From: Candidatus Levyibacteriota bacterium
Lineage (GTDB): Bacteria > Patescibacteriota > Microgenomatia > Levybacterales > UBA12049
DNA length: 64,000 nucleotides
Assembly: GCA_029260905.1 (NCBI GenBank)
Contig: JAJDCH010000009.1
Coordinates: 26,498-90,497, forward strand
Direction: 5' to 3'
Shown here: positions 26,345 through 36,409 of the stretch, piece by piece
How the letters are laid out: each line of letters starts with the position of its first letter
Position numbering within the stretch: position 1 is the first letter of the stretch
The notes under the pieces: generated by a model
Told to the model about the DNA's origin: nothing
The model's input: only the letters and a program-made list of their open reading frames with translations
The model's database searches: none
Translations under genes and position numbers: made by a program

Positions 26345-28345
26345 ATGCGCCCTGTCCTGAAACGTTTTTTTGCTTTTTGCTTTTTGCTTTTTGCTTTTTG
26401 CTTTTTGCCAAATACTGCTTTTGCCCAAACCACATCTACGTTAAATCAGACCACAAAATCAACTAATTCTTTTACTGAGCCAGATCTTGACCCCAGCGTA
26501 CCACGAAATCAGCATATTTATACTCAATCTGTGATGATTGAGGTCTTATCAGCAGTTGTTTGTCAGATAACAGGGCTTGATCCTGTTAACCCTTATCAGG
26601 GGTGTCTTGGCGTCAATCCCCAGACTCGAAAACTTAGCCTCATCCCACCCAGTCTTGATGAAAAAGGCAGTCCACAAGTGGGGGGGTTACTTGGCGCCAG
26701 CGCCAACATGATTGCAGTGCTTTATGTTCCAACAACTAGCTCTACAGATTATTTTAAGCACGTCGCCGGTAATTTTGGCCTAGTCAAGTCCGCACAAGCA
26801 CAAGAGGATAATAGCTATGGTTTGATTGCTCTTCAGCCTGTCTTTGGTCTTTGGGAAACAGTTCGTAATGTCTCATATACACTTCTTGTTCTGGCATTTG
26901 TGTTCATCGGTGTTGGAATCATGGTTAGATTTAAAATAGATCCAAGAACTGTTATGAATCTCCAAAACCAAATCCCAAGAGTAATCATCACAATTATTCT
27001 TATCACTTTTTCTTATGCAATATCAGCTGTTCTTATTGACATGATGTGGGTTAGTACTTATGCAGGAGTAAGGGTGCTTGGAGATAGTAGCGATACGAAA
27101 ATAAATGACTGTAAAAGCGATAAACCTGAAAGTCTTTCTGAAAACGCAACCAAAAACCTGCTTCAAACACCGCTTACTTATTTCCACAATGTCTTTGGAG
27201 AATGTGATGAGAGTGATGTAAACAAGTACGATGGTGGTTTTCATCGTGTTACATTTGGAGTTGCTGGCAATCTAGGACAAGTCCTCAATGACACAGCCAA
27301 AAGTCTTTTTCAAACAGATGAAAACCGTGAAGAGGGCTGCTTCAGTTTTTCAGGAATCAAACCAAACATCAACCCAGGCGCTTGTCTGATCTCAGGCATC
27401 ACTGGAGTGATGAGCTTCATGCTTATAATTGTTATCTTTGTAATTCTTTTAATTACACTTTTTAGGATCTGGTTTGCGCTTTTGAAGGCATACATCTATA
27501 CACTTGTTTTTGTTATTACTGCGCCTGTTTATTATGTGCTTGGTCTTTTACCCTCCCGTCCTCTTGGATTTCAAAAATGGCTGAGGTCTTTTTTCGCAAA
27601 TATCGCTGTTTTCCCGATAACTGCATTTGTCTTGGTGGGCGCGCGCCTCATGATAGATCTTTACAAAAACGATCTAGCAGATAAATTTGTGCCTCCATTG
27701 GTGGGAACGCCGGTTGGTGCCAATTTCGGAGTCTTAATGGCATTTGGTGCTCTTCTCATCACTCCCTCTCTACAACAGATTCTCAAAGACAAACTAGGTG
27801 TCAAGGGTATTGCGTCACCTGGTCTTATCGCAGCAGGTCTTGCAGTTGGAGCATCCCCTGTCAGCTATCTTGCAGGACGCATGAAGGGCAATCTAACAAG
27901 ACGAGATTCCCATGGTAATCCAATCGGCTCTGTGTCAAGAGGCGTTGAACAAATAGGAAAAAGCGCATATGCGGGGACTATTGGCAAGCTCCCAGGAGGA
28001 GTAGGTAAATGGGCAACACAAAGACAAAAAGAAAATTATGAAATGCGCGCAATGGGAATGGGTGGGAAAACAACCTACAAAGAATTCTTAAAAACAACAG
28101 GCATGAGCGGGAAAGAGATTGATGAAGGCGTTGGTAATATAATACGAGATAAAAAATATAAAGACGACGATTCTGGTAAAGCAAGAGATAAAGCACTAAG
28201 AGACATGACGCATGAAAAGGCTAGAAACCGTCATGTTGACTTTGGTTCCCATGTCCAACACGGAGAATCTGGAACTGGCAGGACTGCTCCAAGAAGACAA
28301 ACACCACCAGACAACAATAACGGTGAAGATAGCAACACTGGTTAA
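26345..28345 (+). CDS. polytopic membrane protein, VirB6/TrbL-like (CPR type)
   Basis: Signal peptide ending AFA-Q, WETVRNVSY, IPRVIITIILITFSYAISAVLID, further TM cluster with WLRSFFAN, basic cytoplasmic tail; start set to ATG at 26345. Confidence 0.65.
   Translation: MRPVLKRFFAFCFLLFAFCFLPNTAFAQTTSTLNQTTKSTNSFTEPDLDPSVPRNQHIYTQSVMIEVLSAVVCQITGLDPVNPYQGCLGVNPQTRKLSLIPPSLDEKGSPQVGGLLGASANMIAVLYVPTTSSTDYFKHVAGNFGLVKSAQAQEDNSYGLIALQPVFGLWETVRNVSYTLLVLAFVFIGVGIMVRFKIDPRTVMNLQNQIPRVIITIILITFSYAISAVLIDMMWVSTYAGVRVLGDSSDTKINDCKSDKPESLSENATKNLLQTPLTYFHNVFGECDESDVNKYDGGFHRVTFGVAGNLGQVLNDTAKSLFQTDENREEGCFSFSGIKPNINPGACLISGITGVMSFMLIIVIFVILLITLFRIWFALLKAYIYTLVFVITAPVYYVLGLLPSRPLGFQKWLRSFFANIAVFPITAFVLVGARLMIDLYKNDLADKFVPPLVGTPVGANFGVLMAFGALLITPSLQQILKDKLGVKGIASPGLIAAGLAVGASPVSYLAGRMKGNLTRRDSHGNPIGSVSRGVEQIGKSAYAGTIGKLPGGVGKWATQRQKENYEMRAMGMGGKTTYKEFLKTTGMSGKEIDEGVGNIIRDKKYKDDDSGKARDKALRDMTHEKARNRHVDFGSHVQHGESGTGRTAPRRQTPPDNNNGEDSNTG
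26367..26408 (+). repeat. perfect tandem repeat (TTTTTGC)x6 in the signal-peptide codons
   Basis: Six exact copies (42 bp) encoding the FAFCFLLFAFCFL stretch. Confidence 0.95.
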
Positions 28346-31300
28346 TTAGATTTCGTCTGTTGGGCAATTGCTCTGATGAAAAATCCAAGCGCTGCCAAAA
28401 ACGCAACAAAACCTATCTTGCCATCAGGATGCCCTCTTTGACCAACAGTCAGATCTTTCAACATCTGGACACCAAACATCCTTTCTGTTGCAGTTTTTGC
28501 CCTCTTATGAAACCACTCCATATCAGCCTTGTTGAAATATCCTTCTTCAGCCTTAATCTTACCCAATTTTGTAAATTCATCACCCTCAATATCAACCGGC
28601 AGACTTTTTAATGCATCAATAACATTGAGATAATAGGTAAAATCATACCTTGGGTCTTTTGCATGATAAGCTTTATGGGCTAGGAAATCTGCTGCGAATT
28701 TCGACATAATAAACTGCTTAACAAGAAGCCTCTGGTTTTTGCTATCCTGCACTTTATGATAATCAATCCTGATCCTTCCATCTTCATCTCTTTCATAACC
28801 ACCATCTTTACTATCTTTCCAAAATTCTTTTCTGTTTAGCATGTCATAACCAAACATTGCCTCACCAAGTGGCATATCCCGCCAGACAGGCTTGCCAAGC
28901 ACAATTGTGGCCTGCTGATCAAGCGATCTGACCTTTCTTGAAAAATCAAGTTTTCCATAATCTCTAAATAAATATCTAAGAGGTTTAACAAAGTTTTTCT
29001 GGTAAGCATTGGTAAATTTCTCAGCATCAAATGTCACACCTTTTAATGGATGGTGAGTTGTAAAATCCTCAAACTTAAACTGCTCCTTCTGCTCCATAAT
29101 GGTGTCATACATATGAAGCGCCTTCTGGAAATGATCACGAACATAATATTCCTGAGCACCCTGCTCAAATTGCAATTTACCAGCCCTATCAAGATAAGCT
29201 TGATCCATCTGAGATTTTGCCTCAGCCATTCTCTTTTCTTTTTCTTCTTTTGAGAGACCTGCGCCATTCAGATCTGCGTTAAGCTTTTCAAGTAGTTTTT
29301 TTTGTGTTGTCTTCAGCTTTATCAGCTCATCAAATATCTCAAGAGGTGTGCGATAACGCTTAACTGAATCCTTTACCCACTCGCCTTTTTCATTTCTATA
29401 CTCACGGTCAACTTCTTCAAAATCGGTTGTCCTTATACCGCTCCACATATCAACCAGCAGCGACTTCATCTGAAACATAGAGAAAAAATTACCAAAAAAA
29501 TCTCCCCTTGGAAGCATTTTGTTTCGATATTGCTGAAAATGCATAAGCCTGTTATAGCGGTTAAAACCTCCTGCTTCTACATCATTTCTACCTGCTCCTC
29601 CTGAAAAACCAGGAATGGAGTTTGCAAGCATATATGCATACCATCTGGCATGCTCGTCCCTTTTACCATCATCATCATTTAGTTCATACTTGTCTCCCAC
29701 CACCTCCATGAGGGCATATTTAAGAAAAGTTTCTACATTTGGATCAGGACCCTTATCACCATAAATATTTATAAACTTGATAAAATTCTCTGCCTGCTCT
29801 CTTGTCTCCACTCTACCTGTTTTTGCATCAAATGCTTTTTCAAAATACTTAAGCTTTTCAGCTGTAAATGGTGCGGACTGTCTTTTCTCGCCAGACACAC
29901 CAGTCTGCATGCTTTGAACATTCTTGAAAATCTCAAGCATTTTTTTCTTATCAAAGAAATCAGACTTTGACCCCAGCATTTCCCGCAGTTTGTCAAAATC
30001 AGACAAATGATGAAGTATGTGATGCATCTCAAGCCAAGCAGCACCAAGATTGTTATCTGACTGAAACTCTTCTCCTTTTTTATATCCTTTGAATTTATGA
30101 GAAAAAGTAGTCATCAGATTCAAAAGATTTTTTTCAAAAGTTTGTTTGGTAAGCTTACTGTCTAAAAACGCTTCGAGCATTCCTTGCTTGAGCTTGTCTG
30201 GCTCATCCCTTATTTTATGAAGCTGAGTACTCCAACTATGAGTAAGCGTAAGCGCCATTGACTGCTTAACCAGCTGACGATAAAGCTCATAGTATTCAGT
30301 TTTACCATCTTCGCTATTAAAAAATTTCTTTGGGTTAAGAAAAACATCTTGCAGTGAAACAGTACCAAAACCAGAAGGTCTATCGATCTTAACAGCGCTA
30401 AAAAAATCAACAGGGCTTTCCTGATTAAAGTCCCAAGCAAACCACATCCTGTTTTGCGCCCAGGTCACAAAATTGGATTCATTTACATAGTATTTACTTT
30501 TTTCTGTATCTATTACTTTTTTCCCATTCTCTAGCACATAACCCTTCCTTGGATCATCATCTATATGTTTGTAAATAATCCGCATTTCAAGCAGAGGAAA
30601 ACGTCCGCTTAGTCCCCATTCGCCATGACCATAACCATTCATAGCTCTCCAGGCAAGTCCCTCAATTGAATCAGGATTTCTATCTGCCTCATGATCATTT
30701 TCAGCTGTAAAATCTTTATAAAAAACAAACTTTCTGATCCAATCAAATGGAAGGTTTAATTTTTGCAAAAGACAGAAAGCTGCAGGGTTGTTTTTATAAT
30801 TCTCTGCTTGCCCTCTCTTCTCAGGATCATTAAGCCATTGATCAATTTGTGTTTTCGACTCCTGCGCCAATGTTTCAAGATTGGAAAAATCCTCAGGCTT
30901 TTTACCTTTAGCAAGCATTATTTCAAGTACTGATTTTGCCTGTCCAAAATCAAGATTAAGGTGAGTTACAAGATTTTTACCTACTTGTTTTATTTTTTCA
31001 TTGGTCCAACCCGTACCATACTCACTCCAATCAACCTTAATCTTTGACATCTTAACTACATCTGTCTCTTGTTTTATAAGTCCTCCATTCTCATTTTTCT
31101 CCACCCTCTCTCCGTTCTTGTCCTCTGCCACAAACCTCCACTCATCTCTTTTCCCTTTTATTGCCTCTCCTGGTGGTGGTTCGTTCTGTCTCTCATTCCA
31201 CTGATGTCCCTCCCTGCCCCCATTTATGCCACCGATTGTTGAAAGACCTTGTTGGATATCCTCTTCAATTTTTTGCATCTTGCGTCGCCACTGCCCAATT

Positions 31301-31518
31301 TCCATTTCAGCTCTTATCTGCCTATCCAACTCGTCCTTATCCGCAAGACTTCCACCCCTGGGTGGACCCATTCCGCGTTTTATAAACTCCATTACCGAGA
31401 ATCGCTTCTCATGTGGCAAATCCTCTATTCGCTTGCCTTCATGGGCTTCCCATTCTTTTTCCGCCCTTAACTGTTCTGGTGTTTTTTCGCTTGTCTGGTC
31501 AAGTACTGCTGCTTCCAT
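28342..31518 (-). CDS. large hypothetical protein (1058 aa) with C-terminal hydrophobic segment
   Basis: Uninterrupted 3.2-kb ORF, AAGGAG before ATG, charged helical body, C-terminal IGFVAFLAALGFFIRAIA. Confidence 0.8.
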   Translation of the reverse strand: MEAAVLDQTSEKTPEQLRAEKEWEAHEGKRIEDLPHEKRFSVMEFIKRGMGPPRGGSLADKDELDRQIRAEMEIGQWRRKMQKIEEDIQQGLSTIGGINGGREGHQWNERQNEPPPGEAIKGKRDEWRFVAEDKNGERVEKNENGGLIKQETDVVKMSKIKVDWSEYGTGWTNEKIKQVGKNLVTHLNLDFGQAKSVLEIMLAKGKKPEDFSNLETLAQESKTQIDQWLNDPEKRGQAENYKNNPAAFCLLQKLNLPFDWIRKFVFYKDFTAENDHEADRNPDSIEGLAWRAMNGYGHGEWGLSGRFPLLEMRIIYKHIDDDPRKGYVLENGKKVIDTEKSKYYVNESNFVTWAQNRMWFAWDFNQESPVDFFSAVKIDRPSGFGTVSLQDVFLNPKKFFNSEDGKTEYYELYRQLVKQSMALTLTHSWSTQLHKIRDEPDKLKQGMLEAFLDSKLTKQTFEKNLLNLMTTFSHKFKGYKKGEEFQSDNNLGAAWLEMHHILHHLSDFDKLREMLGSKSDFFDKKKMLEIFKNVQSMQTGVSGEKRQSAPFTAEKLKYFEKAFDAKTGRVETREQAENFIKFINIYGDKGPDPNVETFLKYALMEVVGDKYELNDDDGKRDEHARWYAYMLANSIPGFSGGAGRNDVEAGGFNRYNRLMHFQQYRNKMLPRGDFFGNFFSMFQMKSLLVDMWSGIRTTDFEEVDREYRNEKGEWVKDSVKRYRTPLEIFDELIKLKTTQKKLLEKLNADLNGAGLSKEEKEKRMAEAKSQMDQAYLDRAGKLQFEQGAQEYYVRDHFQKALHMYDTIMEQKEQFKFEDFTTHHPLKGVTFDAEKFTNAYQKNFVKPLRYLFRDYGKLDFSRKVRSLDQQATIVLGKPVWRDMPLGEAMFGYDMLNRKEFWKDSKDGGYERDEDGRIRIDYHKVQDSKNQRLLVKQFIMSKFAADFLAHKAYHAKDPRYDFTYYLNVIDALKSLPVDIEGDEFTKLGKIKAEEGYFNKADMEWFHKRAKTATERMFGVQMLKDLTVGQRGHPDGKIGFVAFLAALGFFIRAIAQQTKSN

Positions 31519-31691
31519 AAAATCTCCTTTCTTTAAGATACTACTACCATCATATCTAGTAGCAGATCACAGTGTCAATTGAGGCAATTGTAGCCCTATA
31601 AAGCAGAACAAGCTTTATATATAAATTACAAGAAGTTAACAAAACAGTTTTTGCGCTTTGAGTTTTGCGCTTTGAGTTTTATAATCTATTT

Positions 31692-33026
31692 ATGGACGAA
31701 TATTTTGAAGCAACATATCCTGATACCGCACGAATTGCGACACTGAGTCAAATTGCCGATTTTGTCAAAAAAGGCGAATCCGCACAGCTGATTGGATTGC
31801 CCACATCTGGAAGATCTATAATTCTCAGACTCCTTGCACACAACAGCAAAGTGCGGTCAAAACACTTTGGCAAAAATTCCAAATTCCATTTTGTATTAAT
31901 TGACTTTTCAGAAATAAAAAACAGATCACTTTTTGACTGCATGAAGTTTTTCTTTTTGTCCCTGTCTGATTCTCTAAGAGCACGAGGAATGGATGAAGAA
32001 TATAAAAAAGTAAATCAATTATTTAAAGAGTCACTCAGCTTTAATGACGAGCTGGTTTTGTTTCAGGCCTTAAAAGACGCATTTGACTATCTTATCCTTG
32101 AAAGAAACCTAAACATTACATTACTCTTTGACAGATTTGAAGAATATATTCCAAGTATTACAGATCAGTTTTTTACCAACCTTCGCACTCTTCGCTCTCG
32201 CGCAATTTATAAGTTTTCAGTTATTTTTTCTCTTACCCGTCCGCTTGAGACCATGCTTGACCCATTACTTCTTGCCGATTTTTATGAACTAATTGCCGGC
32301 AATCTGATATTTCTATCCCTTGCAGATAGTGAAATAAACAAAACAAGAATAAAACATATTGAAAAAGTAACAGGCAAAAAACTCTCTTCAGTTCTTTTTG
32401 ATGAACTAACAAAACTGACAGGCGGAGCGGGCAAGCTTCTAAAAATTTCTACAGAAAGCATATTGGCCAATCAACAATTTAACAATTTAGCTATAGAGCA
32501 ATTGAGCAAAAATTTATTGCCCCAAAAACCAGTTCAAAAAACTCTGTCTGAAATCTTGCGTTCTCTGACACCTGAGGAACAGTCAGATCTCCTTACTCAA
32601 AAGTATGATAACTCTGATGTTGAGGAATATTTCGAAAAAATAGGTCTTGTTAAAAATAAAAGGATTCAAATTCCACTTTTTGAGGAATATCTGAAATCAG
32701 ATTTGATTAAAAATTCAATAAATGAAGAAAAAATTTTCTATGATAAAAATACCAATACAATCAAAAAGGGCGAGACAACTGTTTCTGACCAGCTTACTTC
32801 ATCTGAGTTCTTACTTCTCAGGCATCTTTTGCAAAATAAAGGTCAGGTTATAACTCGCGATGATATAATCAGCGCTGTCTGGCCGGATGTGAAATCAACT
32901 GCAGGAATAACTGATCAAGCAGTTGATCAGTTGATATTTAGATTAAGAAGAAAAATTGAAGAAAATCCCGCCAGTCCAGTCTATCTTTTTACTATTAAAG
33001 GACGCGGTTTCAAGTTTGAATCATAG
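31692..33026 (+). CDS. P-loop (AAA/STAND-like) domain fused to an OmpR/PhoB-type winged-helix DNA-binding domain
   Basis: GLPTSGRS and LLFDRFE (degenerate Walker A/B); C-terminal LTSSEFLLL...GQVITRDDII..VW...AVDQLIFRLRRKIE.NPASP.YLFTIKGRGF; start at ATG 31692. Confidence 0.85.
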   Translation: MDEYFEATYPDTARIATLSQIADFVKKGESAQLIGLPTSGRSIILRLLAHNSKVRSKHFGKNSKFHFVLIDFSEIKNRSLFDCMKFFFLSLSDSLRARGMDEEYKKVNQLFKESLSFNDELVLFQALKDAFDYLILERNLNITLLFDRFEEYIPSITDQFFTNLRTLRSRAIYKFSVIFSLTRPLETMLDPLLLADFYELIAGNLIFLSLADSEINKTRIKHIEKVTGKKLSSVLFDELTKLTGGAGKLLKISTESILANQQFNNLAIEQLSKNLLPQKPVQKTLSEILRSLTPEEQSDLLTQKYDNSDVEEYFEKIGLVKNKRIQIPLFEEYLKSDLIKNSINEEKIFYDKNTNTIKKGETTVSDQLTSSEFLLLRHLLQNKGQVITRDDIISAVWPDVKSTAGITDQAVDQLIFRLRRKIEENPASPVYLFTIKGRGFKFES

Positions 33027-33075
33027 CCTCAAAAAGCCTTGACAAAAACTCTAAATTTTTATATATTATAATGCT

Positions 33076-33609
33076 ATGAAAGAGGGTAATCACATTGTTA
33101 TTCCATTCAGACCGAAAGTACGCGGTGGGGAAACAGTGCCTCAAGTAGAACAAAAAAAGAAAAAGCAATCAACTCTAAAAACAGCTATGGATTTGGTGCA
33201 GGAGCATGATCCCGCTATTCCTCAAACAACAAAAAGATTTTCAATGCGACAAAGATATCGAGGCAACTGGAGGATGCTTAGAACATCAGCTGGTAGAGAA
33301 ATGTACAACAAGGTTCTAGCGATAAAATATCTTCGCGCAGAAACAGCAAGCAAAAAAGAGCAATCCAAACCTAACAGGGAAAATGAAAAAGCACCAAGAA
33401 CGCGACAAAAAGAAACGCTGGTTGCGAGTTTCAAAAACAGAAAAAGGCTTAGAAAAGAAAGCGCTGCAACTGGAATAAATCTTGGTATGTTTGTGCCAGA
33501 GACTCCAAAACAAGAAATTGACTCCAAGCTAAAAAAAGAATTAAGAAACAGACCATTTACTGTTTTTGATGCAGGAAAAAATAAAACAAAGGAGAAACAA
33601 GCCGCTTAA
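33076..33609 (+). CDS. hypothetical basic protein
   Basis: K/R-rich ORF preceded by TTGACA-17-TATATT. Confidence 0.6.
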   Translation: MKEGNHIVIPFRPKVRGGETVPQVEQKKKKQSTLKTAMDLVQEHDPAIPQTTKRFSMRQRYRGNWRMLRTSAGREMYNKVLAIKYLRAETASKKEQSKPNRENEKAPRTRQKETLVASFKNRKRLRKESAATGINLGMFVPETPKQEIDSKLKKELRNRPFTVFDAGKNKTKEKQAA

Positions 33610-33652
33610 GACTCCCCTTGCAATTTCTCAAAACTCAAAGTAATCTATAGAC

Positions 33653-33976
33653 ATGGCTTATCTTGCTCAATTGCGACTTCCAGGCGGCAACAATATCGAT
33701 GCCCCAAAAGGCATTCCCCAGGGTGGAATAAATGAAGTTCAATCAATCTTCAGCAACAGCATTACTATCATGATTATACTGACAATCATTCTTGCTCTTT
33801 TCTTTCTTATCTGGGGAGGTATCCAATGGATCACATCAGGTGGGGATAAAAATAAGGTAGCACAAGCCCGAGCCAAACTAACCTGGGCAATAATTGGTGT
33901 TGTTGTTGCTTTTGTTTCGTTTTTAATCGTAAATCTTATTGGATACTTCTTTAATATCCCAATTTTCGGGTCTTAA
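33653..33976 (+). CDS. T4SS pilin (VirB2/TrbC-like), copy 1
   Basis: Two TM helices joined by IWGGIQWITSGGDKNKVAQAR..LTWAIIG. Confidence 0.85.
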   Translation: MAYLAQLRLPGGNNIDAPKGIPQGGINEVQSIFSNSITIMIILTIILALFFLIWGGIQWITSGGDKNKVAQARAKLTWAIIGVVVAFVSFLIVNLIGYFFNIPIFGS

Positions 33977-34043
33977 ACTTTATCAATTCTTCTTTTGGCT
34001 ATTGACAAGGAGAAAAAAAATATACTATCATTGAGTTAATCCT

Positions 34044-34469
34044 ATGAAAAAGGCACAAAACATAATCTTAGCTTTATTTGTCGCTCTATCTCTTTTTGTC
34101 TTTACACCAGCTGTTGTTTTTGCTGGTCCTACGATAAATCCATGTCCAGACGGAGCTGACGGAGGCGGAACTGACTTCGGCAACCTTTGCGACCTTGACG
34201 CTGACCAAGTCGGTCCATTGATTTCAAGAGTTGTACAGATTCTTCTTATCGCTGCTGCAATTATTGCTCTTTTCTTTCTCATCTGGGGAGGTATTCGCTG
34301 GGTAACATCAGGTGGAGACAAAGCCAAGGTAGATGAAGCCAGAAAACACATTGTTGCTGCAATAATTGGTCTGATTATTGCTTTCCTAGCATTCTTTATC
34401 TTAAGTTTTGTACTTAACCTCTTTGGAATAAGCCTTACTGAATTACAGCTTCCACAGCTTACTCCATAA
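34044..34469 (+). CDS. T4SS pilin (VirB2/TrbC-like), copy 2
   Basis: Signal peptide, Cys pair, IWGGIRWVTSGGDKAKVDEARKHIVAAIIG. Confidence 0.85.
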   Translation: MKKAQNIILALFVALSLFVFTPAVVFAGPTINPCPDGADGGGTDFGNLCDLDADQVGPLISRVVQILLIAAAIIALFFLIWGGIRWVTSGGDKAKVDEARKHIVAAIIGLIIAFLAFFILSFVLNLFGISLTELQLPQLTP

Positions 34470-34514
34470 ACCTAAACTTGCTTTTCTACCCACGTCTTTG
34501 ATAGGCTAAATAAA

Positions 34515-34919
34515 ATGACACAAATTAAAAAATCCTTTGTTTTTTTCTTAATGCTTACAGGCTTATTTGCTATGCTCCCAAGTCCAGCTCTCGCAAACAG
34601 CTGGGACAGTTGTGTTAAAAAGCTTCCAGCCGGAGGCGAGGTCCCAACTCTTAGATGTTTTCCGGTTGTATTTAGCAATCTTACCAGCACAGCTCTTACA
34701 TTTGTGGGCGCAGTTGCTGTAATTCTTATTGTCTATTCGGGCATCAAATTTGTAACATCAGGTGGAGATCCCAAGAAAGTCGGTGAAGCTCGAGCAATTA
34801 TGACCTATGCGATAATTGGTGCAGTAATAGTTCTGCTATCTTTTACAATAATTTATCTGATTAGCTACTTTACAGGCGCGGATTGTGTAACTGATTTTTC
34901 TATTGGAAGCTGCAATTAA
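34515..34919 (+). CDS. T4SS pilin (VirB2/TrbC-like), copy 3
   Basis: Signal peptide, Cys pairs, VYSGIKFVTSGGDPKKVGEARAIMTYAIIG. Confidence 0.85.
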   Translation: MTQIKKSFVFFLMLTGLFAMLPSPALANSWDSCVKKLPAGGEVPTLRCFPVVFSNLTSTALTFVGAVAVILIVYSGIKFVTSGGDPKKVGEARAIMTYAIIGAVIVLLSFTIIYLISYFTGADCVTDFSIGSCN

Positions 34920-35035
34920 AACGGTGGTTTGGCCTCTTTTCATCAAAACTTTTCACAAAAACCCTGTCAATCTGGATCATTTGACACACTTTGTTCCGGT
35001 TGAAATGCTATTTTTCACATTATACACTGATTGAA

Positions 35036-36397
35036 ATGGACCAGCACCCAATACCCCAAGATGTTACAGGCTTTCAATTTAAGCTTATTGGAAGCATGAC
35101 TGTAAAACAGTTTGGCTTTGTTGCAACTGGGGTTATAATGGCAGTTCTTTTCTACTACCTGCCACTTAGCGGGTTTTTTGGTATTCTTTTCAAGATTTTT
35201 GCAATTCCCTTTTTTGGAGCAAGTGGCTTTATAATTGCATTTGTACCAATTGATGGCAGGTCAATTGATGTAATGGTCGGAAATTTTACTAAAGCGCTTT
35301 TTTCTCCCAATCAGTACGTCTATCACAAACTCGGCAAAAAATTTAGCTTCTCAACAGTCAATACTCACAAGAGTCTTTTTGCCCAAAATCAAACCACCAG
35401 CTCTCATCCAAAACAAGAAGTAACACAAAAAACAGATCAGCTTCGATCATTTCTAAAAGAAAGCGTCAAATCAAAACCAAAAAGCGCATTAGATGAAAAA
35501 GAAGCTGCTTTTATCAGCTCTTTTGCTCCAGCACCTCAAACAACTCCCCAAGCGGCCATTTCTTCACATCCAACAAAAAACATACCCATGCTTCAGCAAG
35601 CACAACAAATACTGTCATCTATAAAGCCGGTTCAAACCATTACGCACCAAACACCTAACCAAACCCCTCAACAAACAAAAAAGGCCATCCAAGATACTAC
35701 AAATCCAATTGATCAAAATAACCCAACTAGTAAAAATGTGCCTGAGCATAATCAAGCACCAGCTGCAAAACCAATAGACGCAGAGCCTGACTCGCTTCAT
35801 AAACAAATTCAAGAAGCGCATAACCAAAAACTCAGACTAGAAAAAGAATTGGCTGATTTAAAAGCTCAACTAGGCACGCGTAAAACCCAACCAGAACCTG
35901 AACCATCTCAAGCAGCAACACAGATGTCTTCAACGACAACCACCCCTGCTCAACCAACAAAACCAACAGAAACAAACACTATGCCTGCTACACAGCCTCA
36001 ACAAGCGACAACGTCAGTTGCTCCAACACCAAGCTCAACACACGTAAGAAGTATTCCAAAAGAACAATCTAAAAAAATGGGTCTTCTCGCGCCAGATACT
36101 CCAAATGTCATAGTTGGTGTAGTCAAAGACGCCAGAGGCAATCTTCTCCCAAACGTGCTTGTTGAGGTCAAAGACAGGGAAGAAAACCCAGTTCGCGCAT
36201 TTAAAACAAATCCTCTTGGACAGTTTGTTTCAGCAACCCCTCTTTTACCGGGCGCGTATACAATAAGCCTTGAGGACCCCAAAAAACAACACACATTTGA
36301 TGAGATTCAGATAACGGCAGGCGGCCAAATCTTACCACCCATTGAGATAATTTCTTATGACGCCAGAGAACAACTAAGAAGAGAGTTGTTTAATTAA
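35036..36397 (+). CDS. PrgI/VirB3-like membrane protein with disordered linker and C-terminal carboxypeptidase-regulatory-like beta-sandwich
   Basis: QHPIPQDVTGFQFKLIGSMTVKQF plus 2 TM; Q/P/T-rich linker; GVVKDARGNLLPNVLVEVKD...KTNPLGQF...GAYTI. Confidence 0.8.
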   Translation: MDQHPIPQDVTGFQFKLIGSMTVKQFGFVATGVIMAVLFYYLPLSGFFGILFKIFAIPFFGASGFIIAFVPIDGRSIDVMVGNFTKALFSPNQYVYHKLGKKFSFSTVNTHKSLFAQNQTTSSHPKQEVTQKTDQLRSFLKESVKSKPKSALDEKEAAFISSFAPAPQTTPQAAISSHPTKNIPMLQQAQQILSSIKPVQTITHQTPNQTPQQTKKAIQDTTNPIDQNNPTSKNVPEHNQAPAAKPIDAEPDSLHKQIQEAHNQKLRLEKELADLKAQLGTRKTQPEPEPSQAATQMSSTTTTPAQPTKPTETNTMPATQPQQATTSVAPTPSSTHVRSIPKEQSKKMGLLAPDTPNVIVGVVKDARGNLLPNVLVEVKDREENPVRAFKTNPLGQFVSATPLLPGAYTISLEDPKKQHTFDEIQITAGGQILPPIEIISYDAREQLRRELFN

Positions 36398-36409
36398 TTT
36401 ATATAACTT

